A program made the position numbers and the translations under genes. From contig CBDCOH010000002.1 in assembly GCA_965219685.1 (NCBI GenBank), forward strand, positions 864,001 to 928,000: a stretch of 64,000 bases of DNA, written 5' to 3'. The number at the start of each line of letters is the position of its first letter. The stretch's first letter is position 1. Below, one piece after another: positions 48,412-58,873 of the stretch. The DNA comes from Candidatus Spongiisociaceae bacterium. Its GTDB lineage: Bacteria; Actinomycetota; Acidimicrobiia; Spongiisociales; Spongiisociaceae. The notes under the pieces were generated by a model. It was not told where the DNA came from. It was given only the letters and a program-made list of their open reading frames with translations, and did not search any database.

Positions 48412-49385
48412 GATACCAGGTGGCCGGGACTGACCTCATCGAAGGGCGGGTGATCGTTGGAGTGGCAGACGTCGGCGGCGAGGGGACACCGCTCGATGAA
48501 GCGGCACACGGGCGGTGGGTTGATGGCCTTGGAGATTCCCCCCCGGATGTCGGCGCTCTCCCGGCGGTGGGTTGGATCCGGAACGGGAACCGAAGCCAGC
48601 AGAGCCCTCGTGTAGGGATGCTGCGGGTTGCCGAGGATTTCCTCGGTCGCGCCCATCTCCACGATCTTGCCCAGGTACATGACCGCGATGCGATCGCACA
48701 TGTAGCGCGCCACGGCCAGATCGTGGGTGATGTACAGGTAGGAGACGTTCAGCCGCTCCGCCAGCTTCAGCATCAGGTCCATGATCGAGATCCGGATCGA
48801 CACGTCGAGCATGGAAGTGGGCTCGTCCGCTACGACGAAGGACGGATCGACCACCAGGGCCCGGGCGATGGCCACCCGTTGCCGCTGCCCGCCGGACAAC
48901 TCGTGCGGGTAGCGGAACAGAAAGGTCGATGCAGGGGTCAGCCCGACCAGTTCCAGAAGTCGCATGGTCCGCTTCTCGCGTTCGCCTATGCTCCCGATCC
49001 GCTGCACGGTCAGTGGTTCCGCGATCGTGTCGTAAACGGTCCGACGCGGGTTCAGCGACTCGAACGGATCCTGGAAGATCATCTGCACCCGCCGCCGGAA
49101 CCGTCGGAGGTCTTCCTTGGCGGCTATTCCGGCCATGTCGACCATCTCGCCGTCCTGCTCGAGCATGATCCGTCCTGAGGTGGCCTCGAGTAGCTTGACC
49201 AGCAGCTTGCCGGTGGTGCTCTTGCCGCAACCCGACTCGCCAACCAGCCCGAGGGTCTCCCCCGGGGCGATGTCGAAGCTGATCCGGTCCACGGCGTGGA
49301 CGTGCTCGGTCGCGCTGCGGAAGGCGTTGCGTGAGATCGGGAACTTCTTGGTCAGGTTCTCGACGCTCACCAGTGGCCGGGTCAT
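48378..49385 (-). CDS. oppF: Oligopeptide ABC ATP-binding subunit
   Basis: GESGCGKS, LSGGQRQR, HPYT, C-terminal Cys cluster. Confidence 0.92.
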   Translation of the reverse strand: MTRPLVSVENLTKKFPISRNAFRSATEHVHAVDRISFDIAPGETLGLVGESGCGKSTTGKLLVKLLEATSGRIMLEQDGEMVDMAGIAAKEDLRRFRRRVQMIFQDPFESLNPRRTVYDTIAEPLTVQRIGSIGEREKRTMRLLELVGLTPASTFLFRYPHELSGGQRQRVAIARALVVDPSFVVADEPTSMLDVSIRISIMDLMLKLAERLNVSYLYITHDLAVARYMCDRIAVMYLGKIVEMGATEEILGNPQHPYTRALLASVPVPDPTHRRESADIRGGISKAINPPPVCRFIERCPLAADVCHSNDHPPFDEVSPGHLVSCYRAGEGVGN

Positions 49386-50815
49386 GCCTGTACGCCCTTG
49401 CGTATCCGGACCGGGACGCTCGTCCAGTTCCAGCAGGCTACCCCGTAGCCGGACTGCGGGTCGATGACCTCCATGATCGGGTTCTCCTCGCGGCAGCGCT
49501 GGTCGGCGAATGGGCACCGGGGGTGGAACCGGCAGCCGGCGGGCGGGTCGATGAGGTTGGGCGGTTCGCCCTCGAGGGGCGCCAGCACGCGGCGGGGCCC
49601 GGTCACCGACGGCGTGGAACGCAGGAGCAGGTAAGTGTACGGGTGGCGGGGCCGGGAGAACACGTCCGCGGTCGGTCCCAGTTCAACGAGGCGACCGGCG
49701 TACATCACTCCCATCACCTCGGTCACCTCGGCGATGACCGCGATGTCGTGGGAGATGTAGATGATGCTCATCCCCAGCGAGGTCTGGACCTTCTTCAGTT
49801 CGTGCAGGATCTGGTCCTGAACGATGACGTCGAGGGCGGTGGTGGGTTCGTCGGCGATGATCACCTGCGGGTCGCACGAGAGAGCCATCGCGATGACCGC
49901 CCGCTGCCTCATCCCGCCCGAGAACTCGTGCGGGTAGCGATCCACCATCGCCCGGCTCAGCCCGACCAGATCGAACAACTCACCGATCCGATCCCGGATC
50001 TTCTCCTCGGTCAACGCGCCCCCGAAGTGGGTGACCATCGCCTCCCGGATCTGCTCGTAGACGGTGTAGACGGGGTTCCACGCGTTCATCGCGCCTTGGA
50101 AGACCATGGCGATGTCGGACCAGCGGCGGGTCCTCATCTCGTCCTCGCTCACGTCGAGGAGGTCGGCCCCGTTGAGACGTACCGATCCGCCTCGAAACTC
50201 CGCGTTCTCCGGCAGCAGCCGCAGGAGCGACATCGCGACCGAGGTCTTGCCGCAACCGGACTCCCCGACCAATCCCAGAGCCTCCCCCTTGTGCAGCACG
50301 AAGCTGACCCCGTCGACCGCGGAGACCCATCCTTCGCTGGTCCTGTAATGCATGCTCAGGTCGTCGACCTCCAGCAGAGGCGCGCCGTCCGATGCGCCCG
50401 CGGCCCCATCGCGGGCTTGAGAGCGGGCGGAACGCAGGTGGGAACCCACCCGGCCCGCGGTGTGTCCACCCAGCGCGGCGCCGGAGACGAAACCGAGCGC
50501 ACGCACGATGACCGTTCCGATGGCCAATTCGCCTCCGACGGCACCCCAGACCACCTCCACGGCGAACAGGCCCAGCGCGGCCATCATCCCGTGGGTCGGG
50601 CGCCGATGACCGGCCGCCAGGCCGCCGACCAATGCTCCTACGAACCCGGGCAGCAGGAGGGCGACCAGAATCACCACGTACCCGGGCCGGTACTCGTCCT
50701 CCGGCGGGGTTATCCACCCTCCCAGCCACCAGTTCGACAGCGCCATCACGGCGGTGCCGAGGAGGATCGCCACCAGGTTCAGCCGGGGCTGGCTGGTCTC
50801 CGCGGTCCCGCTCAT
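49382..50815 (-). CDS. oppD: Oligopeptide ABC ATP-binding subunit with N-terminal membrane extension
   Basis: GESGCGKT, FSGGMRQR, DEPTTALD; about 120 hydrophobic residues precede the NBD. Confidence 0.88.
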   Translation of the reverse strand: MSGTAETSQPRLNLVAILLGTAVMALSNWWLGGWITPPEDEYRPGYVVILVALLLPGFVGALVGGLAAGHRRPTHGMMAALGLFAVEVVWGAVGGELAIGTVIVRALGFVSGAALGGHTAGRVGSHLRSARSQARDGAAGASDGAPLLEVDDLSMHYRTSEGWVSAVDGVSFVLHKGEALGLVGESGCGKTSVAMSLLRLLPENAEFRGGSVRLNGADLLDVSEDEMRTRRWSDIAMVFQGAMNAWNPVYTVYEQIREAMVTHFGGALTEEKIRDRIGELFDLVGLSRAMVDRYPHEFSGGMRQRAVIAMALSCDPQVIIADEPTTALDVIVQDQILHELKKVQTSLGMSIIYISHDIAVIAEVTEVMGVMYAGRLVELGPTADVFSRPRHPYTYLLLRSTPSVTGPRRVLAPLEGEPPNLIDPPAGCRFHPRCPFADQRCREENPIMEVIDPQSGYGVACWNWTSVPVRIRKGVQA

Positions 50816-50891
50816 CCGGACTCCCCCACCGGTCGCGTGCGTCCCGCCCGTCCGGGCGACCGGCCGGCGGACAGCAGGGCGGTGAACTCCC

Positions 50892-52148
50892 TCATCGCTT
50901 CCTCAGCCTGGGATTGATCACCTCGTCCATGGCCCGGCCGACCAGGAAGAAGGCGGCTGCGAGGAGCGACACGCACAGTCCGGCCGGGAACACCAGCCAC
51001 CAGAATCGCATGCCGGTGAGGAAGTATCCCTGGTTCCTGGCCAGTTCGATCATCAGTCCCCAACTCATGTCGATGTTGAGCAGACCGAGGAAGGAGAGAA
51101 TGGCCTCCGTCTGGATGGCGGCGGTGACAGTGAACATCATGTACAGGAAGCTGAGCGGCATCACGTTCGGTATCACATGGATGACTATGACCCGGAGCGT
51201 GGAACCGCCCGCCACACGGGCGGCCTCGATGAAGGGCTTCACCTTCACCGCCAGAGCCTGCGACTTGAGGACGATGGCCACCCCGCCGAAGCCCGACAGC
51301 ACGCCGATCAGTAGGGCCAGGTGCCACAACTGGAAGCGGAACACCGAACTCATCACGATCAAGATGGCGAGGCCGGGGAGCATCAGCAGCAGATCGGCCA
51401 GGCGCATGAAGAAAGAGTCGACCCAGCCGCCCAGGTATGCGGCCACCGCGCCGACCGAGGTTGCGAAGATGACCGTGACCAGCGCGGCCACCAATCCCAG
51501 CAGGAACGCTCCCTGCGCGCCCTTCATGAGTTGGGACAGGATGTCGCGCCCGAGCGGATCCGTGCCGAGCCAGTGACGACCGTACGGACCGGTGGGTTGC
51601 TCGCGGATCTCGGCGATGTCGCCGATCATAAGGGGAGATCCGTCGGGGTTGGAGTAGAGGAGCGCCTCCCGGACCGACATCTCCGTGGCCGGATCCGTGA
51701 CCTCGTTGACCACCGTCCTGTACAGGGTCGGGGGGTTCGCCTCGTTCCCGACGACCGGGTGGTAGGTGCCGGTGTCCCACACCCCACCTAGTGTCACCGC
51801 TGCTACGGCTAGCAGAGCGCCGGTGACTCCGACCGTCAGCGGGAGCGTGAGCCTCCGCTCGTAGCGCAGGCGCCCCAGCAGGGGCCAGGTCAGCCAGGCC
51901 ACGGCCGGCCAGATCAGCAGGAACAACGCTGCGCCCGAGTACCAGCGCAGGCCCGACATCAGGACCGGATGTATGAGGGCCATCAGCCCGAAGAACAGGA
52001 TGATGGCCAACCCCACGACTCCGACCCGGTTGGCTCGGAACAGGTTCCAGTTGTTGGTCACGCCGGCCCACACCAGGTTGGCCCGGATCCTCCAGAGCGA
52101 ACCGGTGGCGGGCAGATCGGTGGCCGGAGCTTCCAGCAGATCAGTCAT
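50892..52148 (-). CDS. oppC: Oligopeptide ABC permease
   Basis: HWLGTDPLGRD, FIEAARVAG, EAILSFLG, WW. Confidence 0.92.
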   Translation of the reverse strand: MTDLLEAPATDLPATGSLWRIRANLVWAGVTNNWNLFRANRVGVVGLAIILFFGLMALIHPVLMSGLRWYSGAALFLLIWPAVAWLTWPLLGRLRYERRLTLPLTVGVTGALLAVAAVTLGGVWDTGTYHPVVGNEANPPTLYRTVVNEVTDPATEMSVREALLYSNPDGSPLMIGDIAEIREQPTGPYGRHWLGTDPLGRDILSQLMKGAQGAFLLGLVAALVTVIFATSVGAVAAYLGGWVDSFFMRLADLLLMLPGLAILIVMSSVFRFQLWHLALLIGVLSGFGGVAIVLKSQALAVKVKPFIEAARVAGGSTLRVIVIHVIPNVMPLSFLYMMFTVTAAIQTEAILSFLGLLNIDMSWGLMIELARNQGYFLTGMRFWWLVFPAGLCVSLLAAAFFLVGRAMDEVINPRLRKR

Positions 52149-52167
52149 CGGTCGCGTCCCCGCATCG

Positions 52168-53343
52168 TCACTCCCCCGTCACCCTGATCCGGGGGTCGAG
52201 GAACATGTAGAGGATGTCCACCACCAGGTGCCCGACCATGGCCATGACGCCCACGAACGAGAAAGCGGCGATGGCCAGGTTCAGGTCCTGTCCCACCACC
52301 GACGTGAACAGCAACTCGCCCATGCCGGGCCACGAGTAGACGGTTTCGGTGATGATCCCGCCGTCGATGACGGTTGCCACGGCGATCACCAGGCTGGTGG
52401 TCACCGGGAGCAGGGCCGTGCGGGCGGCGTGGCGGTCGCGCACGGTCTTCTCGGCCAGGCCCTTGGCCCGGGCGGTCAGGATGAAGTCCTCCCGCATGGT
52501 CTCGAGCATGGAACTGCGGGTCAGGAGCATGATCCCGGCGAAGCTGATCAGCGTGATGGTTATGACCGGGAGGATCATGTGGTGAAGGATGTCCCCGGCG
52601 TACAGGCGCCGGGCCGATCCGAAGTCGCTCAGGTACCAGAACCAGATCATCACCAGGGCCAGCGCGCCGTATCCCATCCACACCGTCCGCTTCCGCAGGG
52701 CCGCGTCCCTGATGCGGCGGGACAGGATCCACAGGGTGAGCGCCACTACGCCGCCCACCAGCAACACCCCGAATATCACCATGAACACGTGGTTGGAGCT
52801 GAAGGGAGCGTCCACCCACTCCTCGGGGTCTAGGAACTTGTTTATCGGCACCACGTCGGCGTAGAAGGCGAAGAACCAGATCAGCATCAGCGCGAACCAG
52901 GGGTAGAAGACCGTGTAGAGAAACACGCTGCCGATGGTTATGGCGTGCTCGCCCCGCCGTCCCCGCCGCCAGGCGATGAACTTCCCGGCTACGAAACCGA
53001 GCAGGTAGTAGCTCACAAGCACCGTCAGGAACAGCACCAGGGTTCTGGGCAACCGCTCCAGGATGATGTCCGACACCGGCCGCGGGTACTGGAGGAACGA
53101 GAACCCGAAGTCGCCGCGGAAGAAGTTCCACATGTAGCTGGTGTACTGCTCCCACAGGGGCTTGTCGAGGCCGAGGCGCTCGATGGCCAACTGCGCCGCC
53201 TCGGGCGGGATATTGGGGTTGGTGGCGAACCGCTGCTTGACGGTGTCGCCGGGCAGGGCGGTGAGCAGCAGGAAGGTCAGCGTCAGGAAGATGACGAACA
53301 GGACGAACATCTGCGCGGCACGCCGCGCGATGTAGCGCATCAT
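52168..53343 (-). CDS. oppB: Oligopeptide ABC permease
   Basis: LGLDKPLWEQY, TARAKGL, ETVYSWPGMG. Confidence 0.92.
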   Translation of the reverse strand: MMRYIARRAAQMFVLFVIFLTLTFLLLTALPGDTVKQRFATNPNIPPEAAQLAIERLGLDKPLWEQYTSYMWNFFRGDFGFSFLQYPRPVSDIILERLPRTLVLFLTVLVSYYLLGFVAGKFIAWRRGRRGEHAITIGSVFLYTVFYPWFALMLIWFFAFYADVVPINKFLDPEEWVDAPFSSNHVFMVIFGVLLVGGVVALTLWILSRRIRDAALRKRTVWMGYGALALVMIWFWYLSDFGSARRLYAGDILHHMILPVITITLISFAGIMLLTRSSMLETMREDFILTARAKGLAEKTVRDRHAARTALLPVTTSLVIAVATVIDGGIITETVYSWPGMGELLFTSVVGQDLNLAIAAFSFVGVMAMVGHLVVDILYMFLDPRIRVTGE

Positions 53344-53452
53344 CTCACTGCCACCTCAACCTCGTGCCTCCGTTCCGCCTCGTGGTCTCGCGTCCGAGTG
53401 GGGGCGGCGGGAGGACCTGGCCGGTCCTTCCCGCCGCTCTGTCTTCGGTCGC

Positions 53453-55675
53453 CTACTGGGCCAGATTGACCGCTCCGGGCAGCGCCTGGAAGTTCTGCAG
53501 ACCGTCGAGAGTGGTCGTGCTCGGGAACTCCAAGGTATTCCGGAAGGCCTCCAGCACCGGGGTGGTGAAGAGGACCACGTACGGGACATCCTGGGCGAGC
53601 ACCGCGTCCATCTCACGGACGAGCGCAGCCGCGGCGTTGATGTCGGTCTCGGCCTTCAGTTGGTCCGCCATCGCGTCGAACTCCGGGTTCGCGTAGCCGG
53701 GGATGTTGAAGCCGCCGGCGGTGGCGGAGTCGGCACGCGAGTCGAAGAAGTCGGCCACGTAGTCCGGGAAGATGGTGAGACCCCATCCGAGGATGTACAT
53801 GTCCCAGTCCACCGGCCCGAACACCTTGTCCACGATCACCGAGAAGCCGGTGGGTTCCGCCGTCAGGGGGATGCCGAGGTCGTTGGCCCAGTCGGCGATG
53901 AACAGGCTGTAGGTGGCCCGTAGCGGATCGTATCCCGGCCCGGGGGCCAGCAACTCGAGGTCCCCGACCGGCGTGCCGTCAGGACCCCGGAGGCCCTCAC
54001 CCTTCGGGATCACGTCCAGGTTGTCGGGGTTCCACTGCGGCTCGACATCCCACGTCCAACCGGCGTCCTTGAGGATCTGCACGGCCGAGTTGACCCGCTC
54101 CTCCTGGCTCTGTCCCGCGCACCAGGCATCGAGGTCCGGGTTGGCCCAGAACGCGTTGCCGGGAGGCACCATGGAGTTCAGCGGGATGGCCACGCCCTGT
54201 AGCACGTTGGTGGCCATGAACTCCTTGTCGATCATGCAGGCCATTGCCTGGCGGAAGGCCACGTCCGACCCGGGGAAGCTCCGGGTGTTGAAGGCCAGGT
54301 AGCGGAAGCCGTTGGATGAGTTGGAGATCACATCGAGGTCCCCGGCTTCCAGCACCGTGGACTGCAGACCACGCTGGAGACCCAGCGGGTTGAGCAGGAA
54401 GTCCACCTCTCCGTCACGGAGGGCCAGGACGGCAGCATCCTGGGTGTCGTACACCGAGTAGATGGCGTCGCTCACGTACGGTCCGCCGATCGAGTCGGCG
54501 ATGACCTCGCCGGACGTATCGCCCACCTGCCAGTTCACATCGCCGGAGAAGGTAACACCGCCGGTCGAATAGGCGGTGGTCTGCGCTCCTTGGTCGTTGG
54601 CGTTGGCGTTGGCGACGCTGCGGGCGAAGGCTCCCGGCTCGCGGCGATCGAAGACCATGCTCCCGCCCGACGGCGCGCCTTCCCCGGACACGGCGTAGAG
54701 CTCGCCGGCGTCGCCGGATGCGGCAACGTGCGGCCCCCAGTGGGCCTCGGAGAAGATCGGGGACTGGGCTGCTCCGAACTGCCACTGGGCCAGACCGGGC
54801 TGGGAGCTCCATGTGTAACGGACTGTGTTGTCGTCGACAGCCTCGACGGAGATCAGGCCCTCGGCCCCCTCGTTCTCCTCCGTGTCGGGGTCGTCGTCGC
54901 GGGCCATCGGGAGGGCAGAGAACCAGTTGCCGCCCATCTCGAGGTTCTTGACGGCGTTGAAGGTGAAGGCCACGTCGTTGGCGGTGATCGGAGAGCCGTC
55001 GCTCCAGACCAGTCCCTGTCTCAGGTTGACGTCGATCACCCAGTTGTCGCCGGAGGCGGCGCCGAGCGGAGGTTCGACGTCGGCTGCGAGGTTCGGGACC
55101 ACCGTGTAGCTCGGGAATGTCGATCCGTAGAGGCTCGGTAGAGCCGTCGACAGCACGTACTGGTTCCAGACATCGGCCTCTGTATCGAAGTAGGCCCACG
55201 GATTGTCGGTGGTCGGATCACTGAAGATGGCCAGCTTGTAGGTGAACGGAGCGTCCTCCGGCATCGCCTCCGGTTCCGTCGTGGTGGGCGCGGCGGCTTC
55301 CTCCGCCTGGGCTGCCTCGGCGGCCTTCATGGCCTCCTCGGCTGCCATCTCGGCATCCTCCAGGGCTGCCTCGGCTTCGGCGAGGGCTCCAGCGAGTTCC
55401 GCCTGGGCTGCCTCGTCGCCTTCCATGGCCTCTGCGGCAGCCGCCTGGGCGGCTTCCAGGTCGGCTTGGGCCTGGGCCAGAGCGGCCGCGGCTGCGTCCG
55501 CCTCCGCCTGCGCCGCATCGGCCTGCGCCTGTGCTGCGGCGGCTTCCGCCTGTGCCTGAGCCTGCGCTGCCGCATCCTCCGTCTCTTCGTCTGCTCCGCA
55601 GGCGCCGGCGAGCAGGGCCACCAGGGCCGCGAGCGCTAGCCAGCGTAGGGATCTATGGATCGGTGAAGCCTTCAT
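53453..55675 (-). CDS. oppA: Oligopeptide-binding lipoprotein with Ala/Glu/Gln-rich helical linker
   Basis: Lipobox LAGAC; WSDGSPITANDVAFTF (SBP family 5). Confidence 0.9.
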   Translation of the reverse strand: MKASPIHRSLRWLALAALVALLAGACGADEETEDAAAQAQAQAEAAAAQAQADAAQAEADAAAAALAQAQADLEAAQAAAAEAMEGDEAAQAELAGALAEAEAALEDAEMAAEEAMKAAEAAQAEEAAAPTTTEPEAMPEDAPFTYKLAIFSDPTTDNPWAYFDTEADVWNQYVLSTALPSLYGSTFPSYTVVPNLAADVEPPLGAASGDNWVIDVNLRQGLVWSDGSPITANDVAFTFNAVKNLEMGGNWFSALPMARDDDPDTEENEGAEGLISVEAVDDNTVRYTWSSQPGLAQWQFGAAQSPIFSEAHWGPHVAASGDAGELYAVSGEGAPSGGSMVFDRREPGAFARSVANANANDQGAQTTAYSTGGVTFSGDVNWQVGDTSGEVIADSIGGPYVSDAIYSVYDTQDAAVLALRDGEVDFLLNPLGLQRGLQSTVLEAGDLDVISNSSNGFRYLAFNTRSFPGSDVAFRQAMACMIDKEFMATNVLQGVAIPLNSMVPPGNAFWANPDLDAWCAGQSQEERVNSAVQILKDAGWTWDVEPQWNPDNLDVIPKGEGLRGPDGTPVGDLELLAPGPGYDPLRATYSLFIADWANDLGIPLTAEPTGFSVIVDKVFGPVDWDMYILGWGLTIFPDYVADFFDSRADSATAGGFNIPGYANPEFDAMADQLKAETDINAAAALVREMDAVLAQDVPYVVLFTTPVLEAFRNTLEFPSTTTLDGLQNFQALPGAVNLAQ

Positions 55676-56074
55676 GGAATCGTCCTCCCCCCTTTTGGGT
55701 TCGCCTTTTTTCGTTTTTCAAACGATCTAGCAAGTCTATTTGACGAATGTGATCGCTCGTTGAAGAAGGCAGCTTTTTCTTCACGGGAACGCGCTCGGTC
55801 AGGATGCGTAAGGGCCTTGACCTGGGGTGTTGATCGTCCGCACGGTGCAGTGCATCAGCGATTTCCCGCCTTTGCGAACGTCGTACTCGTTCGCTCCGAT
55901 GCGATTGATCATGCCAAGAGCCGCACAGAGTCTCTGGGCCAACCTGTGAAAGCTGTGTGAGTGAATTGTCGCGTGCTTTCTGATATACGAATGACTGTTT
56001 GATTCGTAAAGCCTTGTCCTCCCCCTATACCTTGCGTGAGGGGGAGGACTCGTTCCGGGTTCATGGAACACTGC

Positions 56075-56083
56075 TGGTACACT
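56075..56083 (+). promoter_or_regulatory. Extended -10 promoter of tRNA-Pro
   Basis: TGGTACACT 8 nt upstream of the tRNA. Confidence 0.5.
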
Positions 56084-56091
56084 TGGCCAAT

Positions 56092-56168
56092 CGGGCTGTG
56101 GCGCAGCTTGGTAGCGCGCTTGACTGGGGGTCAAGAGGTCGTGGGTTCAAATCCCGCCAGCCCGACCA
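56092..56168 (+). tRNA. tRNA-Pro(GGG)
   Basis: CGGGCTG/CAGCCCG acceptor stem, CTTGA-CTGGGGG-TCAAG anticodon arm, GGTTCAAATCC T-loop, encoded CCA. Confidence 0.97.
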
Positions 56169-56183
56169 GCGTGTCCGACGCGG

Positions 56184-56327
56184 TCAACCGATCCAGCGGA
56201 TGAATGCGACAACTCCTTGGACGAGGCGCCACCCGAGGTAGACGACCGCTAGCACAACCATCAACTTGAAGCTGAAGGGGGTCTTCGGAGGCGGTCTCCC
56301 GCCGGGCTGTCCCCCGCTGCCGGTCAA
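56184..56327 (-). CDS. Small (47 aa) membrane protein
   Basis: TTGA overlap with the der stop; PFSFKLMVVLAVVYLGWRLVQG. Confidence 0.6.
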   Translation of the reverse strand: MTGSGGQPGGRPPPKTPFSFKLMVVLAVVYLGWRLVQGVVAFIRWIG

Positions 56328-57652
56328 CGGGTCCGCGACCGTGCGCCGCTCCGGCGGACGACGAGGTGTACCGGCGTTCCGGTGAAGTCGTACGTCTCGC
56401 GGATCCTTCGCTCCAGGTAACGCAGGTAGGTCCGATCGAGTTGTCCGCCCTTCACGAACAGTGCCACGGTGGGAGGGGCCGTCCCGGACTGTGTGACGTA
56501 ACGGACTCTGGGGCGACGCCCCTTCCTCAGCGGCGGTGGGTGCTCGGCTGTCCACTCCGCTACCAGACGATTGAGAGTTCCCGTGGGGATCCTCCGGGCC
56601 CGGTTCGCCAGCACCAGTTCCAGGGCCGGACCCAGGCGGTGCATCCGGGCACCGGTCAGCGCCGAGATACGCAGGACCGGCGCCCAGCCGGCGAAACCCA
56701 GCCGGGTACCCACCTCCCACGATGTCCGCTCACGCCGTTCCCGGTCGGCCGCGTCCCACTTGTTCAGAAGGACGACGACCGAAGCTCCCGAGCGGGCCGC
56801 TTCCTCCGCTATTCGTTGGTCCTGATGGGTGACACCGTCGAGACCGTCCACCATGAGCAGGGCGGCGTCGGCCCGTCGGAGAACGTCACGCGCTCGGAGG
56901 ACCGAGTAGAACTCCACGTCCTCGCTGATCTTCGGCTTACGGCGCATTCCGGCGGTGTCGATCAACCGGTAGGGCGCGCCGTCCAGCCGGATAACCACGT
57001 CGATCGGGTCGCGGGTGGTGCCGGGTGTGGGCGAGACGACCACCCGCTCCTCCCCCACCAGGCGGTTGAGCATCGTCGACTTGCCGACGTTGGGACGGCC
57101 GACGATCGCGACATCGGGGGTCCGGGTTCCGGTCTCGTCGTTCGGAGAGGCGGGAAGCCGCCCGGTGACAAGATCCAGGAGGTCGGCCACTCCCGTGCCG
57201 TGGATGGCCGACATCGGCACCGGGTCTCCGAGTCCCAGTCGGCCGAACGCTGCGGCCTCTATGGCGACCATGTCGTTGTCCGCTTTGTTCGCCGCGACCA
57301 CGACCCTTTCCCCCACCGGCCTCAGAAGGTCGGCGACCGCCGCATCGTCGGTCGAGATGGTTCCCTGGGCGTCGATGACGAAGATGATCATGTCGGCTGC
57401 GGCGATTGCCGCCTCCGCCTGGACGCGTATGTCCTCCACCAACTCGGCGTCGATGGCCCGCTGCCATCCGCCCGTGTCGACCACCGTGAAGGATCGCCCG
57501 TTCCACTCCGCCTCCAACTCGCGGCGGTCCCTGGTGACGCCGGGTTTCTCCTGGACCACCGCGGCCCGCCGACCCACGATCCGGTTGACCAGGGTCGACT
57601 TGCCGACGTTGGGCCGCCCGACAACGGCTACGACGGGTTTGGCATTACTCAC
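56324..57652 (-). CDS. der: Ribosome biogenesis GTPase Der
   Basis: Two GRPNVGKS G-domains, DTGG/DTAG. Confidence 0.97.
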   Translation of the reverse strand: MSNAKPVVAVVGRPNVGKSTLVNRIVGRRAAVVQEKPGVTRDRRELEAEWNGRSFTVVDTGGWQRAIDAELVEDIRVQAEAAIAAADMIIFVIDAQGTISTDDAAVADLLRPVGERVVVAANKADNDMVAIEAAAFGRLGLGDPVPMSAIHGTGVADLLDLVTGRLPASPNDETGTRTPDVAIVGRPNVGKSTMLNRLVGEERVVVSPTPGTTRDPIDVVIRLDGAPYRLIDTAGMRRKPKISEDVEFYSVLRARDVLRRADAALLMVDGLDGVTHQDQRIAEEAARSGASVVVLLNKWDAADRERRERTSWEVGTRLGFAGWAPVLRISALTGARMHRLGPALELVLANRARRIPTGTLNRLVAEWTAEHPPPLRKGRRPRVRYVTQSGTAPPTVALFVKGGQLDRTYLRYLERRIRETYDFTGTPVHLVVRRSGARSRTR

Positions 57653-57780
57653 AAAGACCGTTCGTTCTCGCGGGTACACGGTCACGATACCGGCGCTGCG
57701 GGCAGTGCCGAACCGGGGTCGTTAGGTCCTGCCCGGGCGGTTTCCGGTGACGGCAACGGTCAGGGGTAGTATCGGAGGCG

Positions 57781-58851
57781 ATGTCTCAGCCCGGTCTCTC
57801 GCCCTCCCGGCGCCCCACCAGGGTACTTCTCGCCGAGCCGAACGGTTTCTGCGCCGGGGTGGACATGGCGATCAAGGCGCTCGTATGGATGGCGAAGATC
57901 TTCGAGCCTCCCGTCTACTGCTACCACGAGATCGTGCACAACCGGTTCGTGGTCGAGTCGTTCGAGCAGGCCGGGGTGGTGTTCGTGGATTCGGTCGACG
58001 AAGTGCCGGACGGCGCTCCCGTGATGCTGTCGGCCCATGGATCCGCTCCGGAGGTGCTGGAAGCAGCCAACGACCGGGCAGGGATCGTGGTCGACGCCGT
58101 GTGCCCGCTGGTGACGAAGATCCATCACGAAGTCAAGAGAGCGGCCGCGAAGGACTTCGACATCCTCTTCGTGGGTCACGAGGGTCATGACGAGGCGGTG
58201 GGCACCCTGGCCAGGGCGCCCGGTGCGATAACCCTCGTCGAACCCGAGACCGGGCTGGCATCCTTCGAGCCCAGGAACCCGGACAAGGTGGCTCTGTTCG
58301 CTCAGACCACCCTCGGGCTCCACGAGTGGAAGGCGATGGAGGCCGAAGCCGGTCAGCGCTTCCCGAAACTGGTTACGGCCCGCAAGAGCGATCTGTGCTA
58401 CGCGACCACGAACCGCCAGGACGCGGTGCGGGCGATGACCGGGGAGTGCGACCTGATCCTGGTGGTGGGTTCGGTCAACTCGTCCAACACCCAAGCGCTG
58501 GTCCGGACGGCCAACGTGATGGGGACGCGAGCGTACAGGGTCGACAATGTGGACGGGATCAGCGAGGACTGGCTCGAAGGCGCCGACGTGGTGGGTGTGA
58601 CTGCGGGGGCCTCGGCGCCCGACTACCTGGTGCGGGAGGTCCTCGAGCGGCTCGATCCCGTCGAGGGTTGGCACCTGTTCAGCGTCGCCGACGAGCAGGA
58701 GTACTTCCCCCTACCCCCCGGGCTCCGCAAGTTCGTCGGCGCGCTGACCCAGGGGATGGAGTTGGGCTTCACCTCCCGTCCAGGAGGCAGGGGTCCGATC
58801 GAACAGGACCGCCACCTGGGACCGATGTCGGCGCTCGACTCACTGCGGTGA
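57781..58851 (+). CDS. ispH: 4-hydroxy-3-methylbut-2-enyl diphosphate reductase
   Basis: GFCAGV, IVHN, CPLVTK, CYATTNRQ, SSN, TAGASAP. Confidence 0.97.
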   Translation: MSQPGLSPSRRPTRVLLAEPNGFCAGVDMAIKALVWMAKIFEPPVYCYHEIVHNRFVVESFEQAGVVFVDSVDEVPDGAPVMLSAHGSAPEVLEAANDRAGIVVDAVCPLVTKIHHEVKRAAAKDFDILFVGHEGHDEAVGTLARAPGAITLVEPETGLASFEPRNPDKVALFAQTTLGLHEWKAMEAEAGQRFPKLVTARKSDLCYATTNRQDAVRAMTGECDLILVVGSVNSSNTQALVRTANVMGTRAYRVDNVDGISEDWLEGADVVGVTAGASAPDYLVREVLERLDPVEGWHLFSVADEQEYFPLPPGLRKFVGALTQGMELGFTSRPGGRGPIEQDRHLGPMSALDSLR

Positions 58852-58873
58852 CCTGAACCGGGCAGGCCCGCCG

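Noticed and set aside
56092-56168. tRNA-Pro as an island attachment site
   Set aside because: No duplicated tRNA 3' end or integrase seen; core genes follow directly.
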